From the NCBI GenBank assembly GCA_030390025.1, contig CM059432.1, forward strand, positions 136,712,001 to 136,776,000: a stretch of DNA of 64,000 nucleotides, written 5' to 3'. The position numbers were made by a program, and so were the translations under genes. The notes under the pieces are model-generated. The model saw nothing but the letters and a program-made list of their open reading frames with translations, was not told the DNA's origin and ran no database searches. Of this stretch, positions 12,146-23,107 are shown piece after piece; positions within the stretch are counted from its first letter, which is position 1; the number at the start of each line of letters is the position of its first letter. The DNA comes from Squalus acanthias (taxonomy: Eukaryota).

Positions 12146-13027
12146 GTATTATCTCCTATATACAGGGCTCCCAGCCAAGGGTGAATGTTTGAGTGTCCAT
12201 CCAGCAGTCTTCATTAGCAGAATAGCCCCAACAACAATCTCTATGGGCATCATCTGAAAAATGCTAGCTTCAGAATATAAGAAGACCTCTATAGTGGGGA
12301 GGTTGCTCGATGGCCAACCTCTCCAGCTGTGCAATCTGATTCCATCAAAAGGCTCTGACTTTGTTCTCAAAAACAGCATTTAAAAAATGGATAAAATCTA
12401 GTTCCAGCATTATAAATGTACGATCTCAATTCTGATGTTATACTCTGCACACTCAAAGCGTACAACACCATATAGAGACATATGCATGTACTTATAAACA
12501 CTACAGAATGATTTTCTAACTAATAGTGATTTTTATGCTGGTTTACTGCCAAGTGGTTAATGAAAGTCAGGACATTGTAACGTTTGGATAGTGTAAACGG
12601 CAGCTTGCTAATTCCAGCACTGCTTTAACATCACACCAATGCATTAACTTAGTCGGTTACTGGTGAAGGAGACCAGGTCAGATTAACTTTAATAATGCTT
12701 TAAAATTTGAACATTTACATGGCGAAATGCACTAATGTTGGAAACCACATTCGGACAGGGCCTTAATCTGTGTCTGCAAACTAAAACCGATACAACTGAA
12801 GTTATTTTCCTTCTCGCCTTTTTCAGAAAGTGTTACTTAAAATAAGTGTGCGTACCATTCTGCTTCTGCCTTGTATCATGTACCCAGAGAAGGCCCTGTG
12901 GAGGATTTGGCGACAGGTGAATGGTCTTCCTGTCGCTAACGGGATGAATTCAATCTGGACGCCTTTATTGGCTGCAAATGTTTTTTTCCTTACTGAAGGG
13001 TTTTAGGTGCTTCTGGGTTTACTCACT

Positions 13028-13293
13028 CTGCTCTTGCGCATACCCCGATTTTAATCACTCCACCATTGGCGGCCGTGTCTTCAGCTGCCTGGGCCCTAAG
13101 CCCTGGAATTCCCACCCTAAACCTCTCCGCCTCTCCACCTCTCTCTCCTCCCTTAAGATGCTCCTTAAAACCTACCTCACCTGTCCTGATATCTCTTTAT
13201 GTGGCTCATGAAGGATTCTGTCTGATAACGCTCCTGCCAAGCGCCTTGGTTACTACGTTAAAGGCACTATATAAATGCAAGTTGTTGTTGTTG
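13028..13293 (+). mobile_element. L2 LINE 3' end fragment
   Basis: Copy of 1-318. Confidence 0.8.
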
Positions 13294-13534
13294 CTCCTCT
13301 GCATTGGCAGCAGCCTCAGAAACGGATTCAATGTGGCGCGATGACGCTGACTCACCTGCTGCATGGGCCAAGGTGGGAATCATTAAGCAGCACAAGCGCA
13401 GCTTTCTTCATGTGAATTCACAGCTCCACAAATTGACATAAGGGTCAGCCATGGCTCAATTGGTAGCACTCTCGCCTCGGAGTCAAGGAGGTCGTGGGTT
13501 CAATTTCCACTGCAGGGACAAAAATCCAGGCTGA

Positions 13535-14142
13535 TCTTATTGAAACATATAGGCCTAAAAATTCGGTTGCTTTGCGCCTCCCGCTGCGAAATTCACTCGC
13601 AGCGCCCCAAGAAGGAGGCGGGGCACTTCCAGTAGCACCCCTCTTCCCTCTTGGGGCGCTACTGATGAATTTTGGCCGCGGGGGCGCTAATTTTTTCAGG
13701 GCGGTAAAAGTAGCGCCCTGGCAAAGTTAGCGCCCCAAAGGGGGCGCGACTCAATTTTTCCCCCATAAGATTCTGAGGGGGCTCGACAGGGTAGATGCAG
13801 GGAGGATGTTTCCCCTCGTGGGGGAATCTAGAACTAGGTGGCATAGTTTCAGAATAAGGGGTCGCCCTTTTAAAACGGAGATGGGGAGGAATTTCTTCTC
13901 TCAGAGGGTCGTGAATCTTTGGAATTCTCTACCCCAGAGAGCTGTGGAGGCGGAGTCACTGAATATATTCAAGGCGGAGATAGACAGACTTTTGAAGAAC
14001 AGGGGAATCAAGGGTTATGGGGAACAGGCAGGAAAGTGGAGTTGAGGCCAAGATTAAATCAGCCATGATCTTATTGAATGGCGGAGCAGGCTCGAGGGGC
14101 CGAATGGTCTACTCCTGCTCCTATTTCTTATGTTCTTATGTT
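13535..14142 (+). mobile_element. 5'-truncated CR1 LINE, itself split by a MITE
   Basis: DLIETY|KILRGLDRVDAGRMFPLVGESRTR...FFSQRVVNLWNSLP...GYGEQAGKWS*, then 3' UTR and (TTCTTATG)n tail. Confidence 0.9.
13552..13764. mobile_element. Harbinger-type MITE
   Basis: Ends GGCCTAAAAATTC / (rc) GGGGGAAAAATTG. Exact ATA TSD; removing the insert restores the CR1 sequence GAAACATATAAGATTCTG. Confidence 0.9.
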
Positions 14143-14910
14143 CTGACACTCCAGTGCAGTGCTGAGGGAGTGCTGCACTGTTAGAGGTGCCATCTTTCAG
14201 ATGAGACGTTAAACTGAGGTCCCGTTTGACCTCTCAGGTGGATGTAAAAGATCCCATGGCACTATTTTGAAGAATAGCAGGGGAGTTATCCTTGGTGTCC
14301 TGGCCAATATTTATCCCTCAATCAACACTGCTAAAAAAACCCAGATTATCTGGTCATTATCACATTGCTGTTTGTGGAAGCTTGCTGTGCACAAATTGGT
14401 TGCTGTGTTTCCTACATTACAACAGTGACTACACTTCAAAAGTACTTCATTGGCTGTAAAGCGCTTTGGATCATGCTGAGGTTGTGAAAGGCGCTATATA
14501 AATGCAAGTATTTCTTCCTTTTTAACTGACTAAAGTATGGTTTTCAGGACAAGCTACTTATATTGCACAGTGGGATAGCTTTGAAAATTATAAACTTAAA
14601 TCACACTTGTCTGAATACTGAGACACTGGGTAAGTACTGTCTCCCTCATAAAGTTCATGGAACTAATTTACAATTGCTGGCTTAATTAACACAAATATTC
14701 TTTTTCAGGTGTCTCTGAGCTACTGTGCTGTTGAATTGTTGCAGATGGTATTCCATTTATTTCAGTGCCACTTACTTGAGGTCAGTAATTTGTTTCCTAT
14801 CATCCTCTGGCATTCATGGCGTTTTGGAAAGTTTCTGGACACTCTTAAGTACGTGTATTCATCCCTCTGTGACCGGTTGTGTGGATTTTCTGTCAAACAG
14901 AGACACTTTG

Positions 14911-15575
14911 GGGGGGAATGTTAACGTGGGTGAGCACGTGGGATTGGGTGCAGGTGGGGGGGGGTTAAATCAGGCAAAATTCCGAGTGCTTCAGGAAGCC
15001 GGCTCCAACCCGCCGATTTCCGGGTTATACCGAGGTGGGACAGGGGAGGGCAGCCAACCCGCTCCCAGGAGGCAGGATGGCATTTTAAGTGTGTTAATGA
15101 GGCTGGCAGCCTCTAAGTTAACCTGCTTTGTAGGTTTCACAGTGGCCGGCTGGGTTTCCCAGGCCTCGGGAAACCCGCCAGCTGAAAGCAAGGTGAGGAC
15201 AGCATCGGGGAGAAGCCTTTACAGTACTGCTTGTGGGGCAGGAGGAGCAGGAGTGTTTCCCTCCGGCCCCCCATCAAACCGACCCCCCCATACAAAGACC
15301 CCCCCCCCCGCCCGCAGGGTCGGGGATCGGGCTCCTCCAGGGATTGGACCCCTCCCCAGGGTCTGGGTTCGGACCTACCAAGTCCTGCGGCCTGCTCGAC
15401 TGGAAGCCACGTCTGCCAATCAGGCTGACTATGGGGTGGGGAACCTGTCAGGGCTAAAGGTCGCCGCTGTGGAGTTAAAGCTCCATAGCACACGGGGAAA
15501 CCCGTACTTCCGGGTTTCCCCATCCGAAACTCCACCCCTTCCACCTACGTAACCCGCCCAGTAAATATCCAGGCC
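14911..15575. mobile_element. Non-autonomous Harbinger-type element (3190/20493 group)
   Basis: Ends GGGGGGAATGTTAAC ... TAAATATCCAGGCC; shares the GGGTTTCCC...GGGAAACCC hairpin and internal blocks with 3190 and 20493. TSD unclear. Confidence 0.65.
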
Positions 15576-15594
15576 GTTAAATCTCGGAAACACT

Positions 15595-15768
15595 GGGGTG
15601 GAAATTGGTCTTGGGGGGGCGACAGTGCAAAACGAGCGTTAGCGAATCGGCAGCCCGTATTACACTCCATAGAAGTCACTGGAAGAGAAAATCGGGCAGG
15701 GTGTAAAAGGAGATGCCGATTCGCTAGCGCCCGTTTTGCGCTGCCGCCACAAGACCAATTTCTACCCC
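15595..15768. mobile_element. Palindromic Harbinger-type MITE
   Basis: TIR GGGGT(G/A)GAAATTGGTCTTG; body largely self-complementary. Degenerate relative at ~26140-26270. Confidence 0.8.
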
Positions 15769-15831
15769 AGTTTGACTGTAATAAGTTGCTTTACTTCTGG
15801 AAAGATGTGGTTGACTTTTAATCTTGGTCTT

Positions 15832-16470
15832 AGGGTGGATTTTACTTCCATCTCACCCTATCAGCATAACCTTCTATTCTTTTTCTCCTACATGTACCTA
15901 GTGAGCTTCCCCTTAAATGCGTCTGCGCTAGACTGGTCGCCTGTACTCGTGGCAAAGAGGCGGCCGCCATTTTGAGGCCTCGTCTGCCTCGAGCCGGAGG
16001 GTTGCCAGGCAACAAACAGGCATCTCGATACAACTCAATGAATTAAACCTGGCCAATATCGGAGCGCCCCTGCCGGCAGAAAGTGGTGGAGTGGAGGGCG
16101 GGGGGGGGGTGGGAAGGGGGTGGCAGGGGGAGGCGCCCCACAAGCGGCAGCATCCCACTTTATTGTTGTGGGGCCTGGAGGAGCACTCCCATGAAGTTCA
16201 AACTTACCGTTGCCGGGTCTCTTTGGCTCCCATCGCCCGTGGAACTAATCGGAGCCCGCATGGCAGTCGAGGTCACAGGACACCGATTTGCACATTAAAA
16301 GGGGCCTACTGCCTGCCACAGGCAGGCACACTGGGTGCCCAGCTGTAGGCCCCCTTTCAAAATGGCGCCAGCCACAGTGTCAGGTTTACCAGGACAGTGA
16401 GGCCGCTGACTCCATTTTGAGGCTGTTGTTGCTCTGTTAACGTCACGCGCAACAAGTTATAATCGCCTCC
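15832..16470. mobile_element. Degraded GC-rich non-autonomous DNA element with an internal CR1 tail piece (~15845-15928, minus)
   Basis: Ends AGGGTGGATTTTAC / (rc) GGAGGCGATTATAAC; interior resembles the other GC-rich elements. Confidence 0.45.
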
Positions 16471-16581
16471 TTGCTCTCCATTTTGTCCCTATTTATTGCC
16501 AGAGTATCAATTTTCATTCATTAGCATCTTTTAGAATAAATTGGAATATATAATTGCCTCATTTTTGCTCACTGAGGCATT

Positions 16582-17299
16582 GGCCCGTATTTTCCGATGC
16601 CTACGGGTGTGTTCGAGCTGTGTACACACCCGTAGGGACATCGGAAATGCCGGTTTCAGGCTTGTGAAGCGCATGAGCTGAAAACCGACATTTCCGATCT
16701 GACAGATCCTCCGCCTGCCCTGGAGAAGGGCCTCTGCGGGTGGAGAGCTCCGCTTTCTGGAGAACCTCCTCCCGCTGAAAACACTTAGAAATCTTACGCC
16801 TGGTAAAAGCAAGTGTAAGGCCTGTTTTTACCAGCATAAGAGTTTAAAAAAAGTAAAAAAAAAATTTTTTTCACTCATTTATCATTTAAAAATACTTTTA
16901 AAAAAGGTAAGTTTAATTTTAGCCCCGTAAAAAACTTTTTGTTTAAAATATTTAACTTAATGTAATTTTAACTCATTTTAAAAACGTGATTTAAAAAAAA
17001 AATGTATTTAATGTTTTAGTGTGTTTTTGGTGTGATCTCCATTCATACTTGTGACAGGTCTATCTGTCAAATATATAAAGGGGGATTCCCTTCTCCTATT
17101 GGCTGGCCTGGCCCACGTGATCCCAGGGACGCTTGCGAACCGCCTGCGCCCCGGGATACGTGGGCCCTGCGCATTTCGACTGTGGAGAGGCCCAGGAGCG
17201 GAAGTGTCCGGACCTCGGGAGCCCTCAGGTAAGAGGGTAGATTTTTTCCCGATAGGAGGCATCCGCACGCAGGAAGCCTCCTAACGGAAATTACGGGCC
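16582..17299. mobile_element. Non-autonomous Harbinger-type element with AT-rich core
   Basis: TIR GGCCCGTATTTTCCG / CGGAAATTACGGGCC; flanks ATT/AAT. Inverted second copy at 30139-30827. Confidence 0.85.
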
Positions 17300-17599
17300 A
17301 ATAGTTCGGATAATTCAGACTAACCTCAGATTGGTTGTTTTAGAATGCATTTACCCTACAATTGCAGCATTGGTACCAGATTTTTACCCCAGAATCTGAT
17401 TGTGTTCTGACTCTGGATTTATATCACTCTGGATTAACACTACAACTTTAGAAAATTGAAACCACTTTGCACAAAACACGACAGTTGTAGAGAAAATGTA
17501 GCTTTAAGGTACTCCTCTAACAATAAGTTAAGGTGATTTTTTTTGGGAACCGGCAGCATTCTTGCACGTGTTGTTAGTAAATTATATTGCACAGAATTA

Positions 17600-18270
17600 T
17601 GTAGAATGTACAGCACAGAAACAGGCCATTCGGCCCAACTGGTCAGTGTTTGTGCTCCACATGAGACTCCTCCCACCCCTCTTCATCTTAGCCTATCAGC
17701 ATATCCCTCTATTCCTTTCTCCCTCGTGTGTTTATCTAGCTTCCCCTTAAATGCATCTATGCTATTGGCCTCAACTACTCCATGCGGTAGCGAGTTCCAT
17801 ATTCTAATCACTCTTTGGGTAAAGAATTTTCTCCTGAATTCCTTATTGGATTTATTAGTGACTGTCTTATATTTATGACCCCTAGTTTTGGACGCCCCAC
17901 AAGTGGAAGCATCTTCTCTACGTCTACCCTATCAAACCCCTTCGTAATTTTAAAGACCTCTATCAGGTCACCCCCCTCAGCCTTCGCTTCTCGAGAGAAA
18001 AGAGCCCCAGCCTGATCAGCCTTTCCTAATAAGTATAACCTCTCAGTTCTGGTATCATCCTTGTAAATCTTTTTTGCACCTTCTCCAGTGCTTCTATATC
18101 CTTTTTATAATATGGAGACCAGAACTGTGCACAGTGCTCTTTAAGTATGGTCTAACCAAGGTTCAATACAGGTTTAACACAACTTCTCTGCTTTTCAATT
18201 CTGTCCTTCTGGAAATGAACCCCAGTGCTTTTTTTTTGAATGGCCTTGTTAACCTGCGTCACTACTTTTA
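17600..18270 (-). mobile_element. CR1 LINE 3' fragment
   Basis: Minus strand gives degenerate LVRP.L..VQFWSP...LEKVQKRFTR...GDLIEVFKI, then the CR1 tail. Confidence 0.85.
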
Positions 18271-19399
18271 ACACTTACCACTGCATAGTTCTCTAACATA
18301 CGCTAATGCCAACAAGAAATCATCCAACATAATTTTAATTTGGCGCTCCATACCCCCATAAATATGTATTACCTTTTCCCACAGCTCTCCTGCACTGAAG
18401 GAGTTAAAGTGATTAAAATACTAACAAGGCACAGAATCCTGGTTGGTTGGGGGGATTTTTTTTATGCCTTTCTCCTCCCCTCACCCCCTCCCTCGTCTTT
18501 CTGCCGTGGTCACAATATAAATGTCACAGGGTACATAAAACAAAATCAGCAACATAAATACCCATCTCATCACCGGGCCTGAATATAACATAATAGTGAA
18601 TATTCTTCCTGCTCTATAGCTCCAGGCCTTGCCTGAGTTTAAATAGCACAGAGCAAGCTGCTTGGGCACAAAGGAAACCAATAACCAGATCTTGACTTAA
18701 TACAAATCCAAGGGTCACCAAGGATTGTGCTGTCAAGGGACCGGGGTCAGGGGTCAAACTGACCAATACTGAGCAAATTACATTTGTTTGAATGATCCCC
18801 CTCTGAGCTGGTATTGATAGGGGCTACACAACTTTTTTTAACCAGCTGATTGATACATGCTGCCATTCACAGTTAATGGACAGGAAGGAGGGATATAGAA
18901 ATGACAGACTACCTACCTGTCAGTTTATGTGATCTGTCTGCAGATAGGTGGCACGTCTTCCCCAGAGAAAATGTTTGAATGATGAAATCAATTTTGGACA
19001 AAAAAGCCCATCTTGGAGACACCACAGTTTCCCATAGCAGAATCTATAAAGCCAGAGTCTTCAAAAATTCTCGTTAATAGGCAGGCCATATGTGAAGACA
19101 GATTACAGGGCCTAGCATGAGAACTGCTATTCCTCTGCAGCAAGGTGAGGAGGAACCAAATTAATCTTCAGTCTCTCATCAAGAGGCCATTGCAGATGCG
19201 ATTAGGAAGGGAGGGGCACACAGCAGGAAATACTGGCGCACGTTTTGACGTCGTGGATTGTGACATCGTTGACCGTCAGCAATGTATTGTAAAACTTGTA
19301 CCCGGGACACCACCCTTCCGACCACATAAACGAATCAGCACAATCTTATAAACGTAGAAAGAAAAAATGGAATGCAACAGAAGGATAGAAATTTAAGAA

Positions 19400-19608
19400 G
19401 GTGGAACTCGTTACCACATGGAGTGGTTGAGGCGACTGGCACAGACGCATTTAAGGGGAAGCTCATTAAGTACATGTAGAGAAAGGAATGGAAGGTTATG
19501 CTGATAGGGTGAGATGGAAGTAGGGTGGGAGGAGGCTCGGGTGGAGCATAAACACCGGCATGGACCAGTTGGGCCGAATGGCCAGCTTCCGTGCTATAAA
19601 TTCAATGT
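19400..19608 (+). mobile_element. CR1 3' tail fragment
   Basis: GTGGAACTCG...GGAGCATAAACACCGGCATGGACCAGTTGGGCCGAATGGCC. Confidence 0.8.
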
Positions 19609-19699
19609 ATGACACACATATACAATTTCTTTAACAGAGGTACTTTAAAGGAGGAAATGCAGTAAGTAATGGATCCAGTATCAATATTTCAATTATTTA

Positions 19700-20451
19700 G
19701 GGGGAAAAATTCAGTGTCGCCCATTTTGGAGCGCTAATATCGGCCGGGCTCAAAGTTTAGCGCCCGGCGCTAATTATCGCCTCCGACTGCAAAATTCGCC
19801 TCTATCGCCCCTGGAGCGCGAAATAAGGCACTACACACCTCTCTTAAGGCGCAAACTTCAGGGAGCGAGGCGCTACCTCAGAACGCTACCGAAGCTCAGG
19901 CGATGTCAGTTACCATGGAAGCCAGACAGACTGGCGCCGTCCAGTTCTTAAAGGGGAGGGGCCATCTTGCTGGCCAGCCACTCCCTGCTCAGAGCAGCCA
20001 TGAATCTCGGCCTGGAGAGACCTCAAAAGCAATTGTGTTGGAAGCACTAATGGATAGGCCCAGGGAAAGAGCTCGGCGCTTAGGAACCTCAAAAGTGGCG
20101 CTGAAGGCCAAAACTCCTTAGGACAGCGTTAAAACCAAAAATTTTGCCGACAAGAAAAGGCGGGAAGCGCCCGCCTTTAAATAGCGCTCCCCCAGCCCCT
20201 TCCCAACTTGAAAACGTTCCCCTCTACCTGTCGTTCCTAGCGGCAAGCGCTAAGGCAGGGGGCGTGACTCAATATCCGGTCTGGGGCGCTACTGGGGTGT
20301 TGCACACTTGACTGACGTCACGATCTGCGGACGCAGGAGATTGTGGCGGTAGTGTTTAGCGCCGCCGCAAAACAACTGTTCAATTTCGCGAGCGGCGCTA
20401 AAATCGCTGCGCTCGGGCGCTAAGTTCCTGGCGCCTCATTAGCGCCCCCCC
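19700..20451. mobile_element. Non-autonomous PIF/Harbinger element (copy of 10717-11550)
   Basis: Highly similar to 10717; TTA on both sides; right terminus shortened by a deletion between C-runs. Confidence 0.9.
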
Positions 20452-21162
20452 TTAATGCTTTTGGTCAATTGGAGTACAGACTTGGAGTGATATGGGGTAC
20501 TTTTAACCCCCCCACAATGAGCAGGAGAGGGTCGGGTTGAGGGATGGGGGTTAAACATTTTAAATCACGTTACATGACCCCAACCTGCTGCGTATGTGGC
20601 GGGCGCCATTTTTACGGCAGTAGGTTGCGTGCCGTGTCTGTGTCCCGTTCTCGAGAGGCGGGACTCCTCGTTATAATATTTAAATCAAGCTCCCACAGTG
20701 CAGGTGGGAGCCTGATTTCAATTTATTGGCTGCGAGCCGGGTATCCCAGGGCTCGGGAAAGCTGGCATTGAAATGGAGACGGGAGCAGCCGGACCAAGCA
20801 GGTAAGTGCTTTTTAGAGCGCTGCTTGTGGGCCAGGAGGAGCAGCAGTACTTCCCCCCACCCCACGGCCCCCCAAGCTAAACCTTCTGCTGCGATTGGCC
20901 AACCGCCCAACCTCCCCCGCCCCCCACCCCCCACCCCCACCGCCCCCTACTCCAAACCTGCGATCCCAAGCCTTCTGCCCCGAGATCTCTCCCGGCCCCC
21001 TCTCCCTCCTGATTACTAGTCCAACCTGCCCCCCATATGCCCCACAATCTTTCCCGGTTGCCGGACACTGTCCCCAAAGTTCCCCGGCTGCGGCACTTTA
21101 CCTCAGGCTTTTCCGCCCGGATGCAAGCTGTCAATCTGGCCGGGTGCTGGGTGGGAAACATA

Positions 21163-21305
21163 GGGGTAAAAATTGGGTAGCGCCCCCTTTGGGCTGCCAC
21201 TTTAAATTAGCGCCCCAAAAATGTTAGCGCCCCCGCGGCCGATTTTCCCGGATAGCACCCGAGAGGGCACTGACGAGAGGCGCAAATCAACCAAATTTAG
21301 CCCCC
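21163..21305. mobile_element. Harbinger-type MITE (inverted relative of 13552)
   Basis: GGGGTAAAAATTGGGT ... AACCAAATTTAGCCCCC with an exact ATA TSD. Confidence 0.8.
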
Positions 21306-21535
21306 ATAGAGTCATAACGGCACAGAAGGAGGCCATTCGGCCCATCTAGTCCGTGCCAGCTCTCTGTAGAGTAATCCAGTCAGACCCATTCCCCCGCTCT
21401 ATCCCCGTAGCCCTGCAAGTTTATTTCCCTCAAGCGCCTATCCAGTCTCCCCTTGAAAACATTGAGTGTCTCCGCTTCCACCACTTCCGTCGGCAGCGAG
21501 TTCCAGGTCCTCACCACTCGCTGCGTAAAAAAGTA
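21306..21535 (-). mobile_element. CR1 3' end fragment
   Basis: ATAGAGTCAT...CACAGAAGGAGGCCATTCGGCCC tail, then (rc) FFTQRVVRTWNSL. Confidence 0.8.
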
Positions 21536-22453
21536 AATAAAAGTGATAATGAGGTCTCGCTGTTAAATTCAGCGGGTCCTCCGCGTTCCTCAAATTTCCG
21601 GATCCCCCCCCTCACACCACCGCACCCCCCCCGCAAACGTGCTTCCCCCCCACTCCCTCCCCGTAAATATCGAGGCCACAGTCTGAAAAACCTCCAACAC
21701 TGTCGCACTTGTCGTTATTTTGTGAGAGTTTTCCACAGTTACCTTACCGAAAAGAATAATTTTGACATCTGTTCATTTTCATTGTCAGGGAAATAATCAC
21801 AAAGTCTGTTGAGAGGGAAGAGAAAATATTTGCTGAAGAAAACATATCCTGTTGGAATCAAAGACCAATTCTCAGAATGAGGTCACAACCAAAGTGATCT
21901 CTGTTTATTATTTGAATAATGGATTAATGAAAACACGATGGCAGATGTATTTTGGAATTAGATTCTTCTTTAAACGATATACGCGCACACTCTGAATGAG
22001 GAGAAGGATGAAGAATATCTATAATTAAATTTGTATTGTATCTCAGGGTGTAATCCACATGGAACAACTGCTCTGAAAATCTGCCATGTTAACCACTAAG
22101 GCAGCTTTGATTTTGAGTCAAATCAACTTTTGATAATACCATTTTTATTCTTTTCTTCACTAAAACATTTAAAGTGACAGAGATCTCATGGTATGCATTG
22201 TTATACGCAAGCCCAATTAGGTCTTCTAAGATGCTTTAACGGGTGTAACTATCCTCTACCAAAATATTTCCTCTTATAATAAGATTTTACATCCGTATCG
22301 CATTAATGATTAATACAATGTTAGACTCCTAAAGAAAAAGTGTGTTGTAAACAATACAAACTGTTTATTCATTTTCACTGCAACATTGTGCCTGTTTATA
22401 TCACTTAAAACAATACATAATACGGCCACATTGTTACTTACAAATGATGTGTT

Positions 22454-22922
22454 TCAGTCGTGGTTCAGTGGGTAGCACTCTCGCCTCTGGGTCAGAAGGT
22501 CGTGGGTTTGTGTCCCACTCCAGAGACTTGAGCGCACGATCTAGGCTGACGCTTCAGTGCAGTGCTGAGGGAGTGCTGCACTGTCGGAGGTGCCGTCTTT
22601 CAGATGAGACGTTAAACCGAGGCCCCGTCTTCCCTCTCAGGTGGACATAAAAGATCCCACGACACTATATCGAAGAAGAGCGGCGGAGTTATCCCTGGTG
22701 TCCTGTGGCCAATGTTTATCCCTCAACCGACATCACTAAAACAGATTATCTGGTCATTATCACATTGCAGTTTGTGGGACCTTGCTGTGTGCAAATTGGC
22801 TGCTGCACTTCCTACATTCCAACAGTGACCACACTTCAAAAAGTACTTCATTGGCTGTAAAGTGCTTTGGGATGTCCTGAGCTCATGAAAAAGTGCTCTA
22901 TAAATGCACATCTTTCTTTTTT
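22454..22922 (+). mobile_element. Full-length tRNA-derived Deu-domain SINE
   Basis: tRNA-like head, core TGCCGTCTTTCAGATGAGACGTTAAACCGAGG, L2-like tail, T-rich end. Confidence 0.85.
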
Positions 22923-23107
22923 ATGTAAAGAGTCTTTCAAAATATAAAATACTGAATATTTTAGAATAAAATCAGAAATGTTTGGAGAAACACTGATACA
23001 CACACTAGCTAAAGTAAATATATTAAAAAGCTTACATCTGCACGCACTTCCTGCCAACTGTTTCCATTATAAACTCTCACGTCCACTGTTGTAATCGACC
23101 TGCCTAC

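Larger units (their letters stand above)
13443..14520 (+). mobile_element. tRNA-derived Deu-domain SINE (SacSINE1/AmnSINE1-like), split by a CR1 insertion
   Basis: Head with A box (TGGCTCAATTGG) and B box (GGTTCAA) at 13443-13534; body resumes at 14143 with the Deu-like core TGCCATCTTTCAGATGAGACGTTAAAC...AAAGATCCCATGGCACT; L2-like tail. Confidence 0.8.
20493..21677. mobile_element. Non-autonomous Harbinger-type element carrying nested CR1 and MITE insertions
   Basis: Ends (T)GGGGTACTTTTAAC ... TAAATATCGAGGCC as in 14911-15575; interrupted at ~21155-21535. Confidence 0.65.

Noticed and set aside
14725..15552. 275-aa ORF
   Set aside because: Starts in unique DNA and runs through a GC-rich non-autonomous element; no recognisable protein.
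18919..19044. Possible minus-strand exon (AG...CAG/GTAGGT) with an open frame
   Set aside because: Peptide unrecognisable and no partner exons found.
22454..22530. tRNA gene
   Set aside because: tRNA-derived SINE head continuous with the SINE body; no complete cloverleaf.
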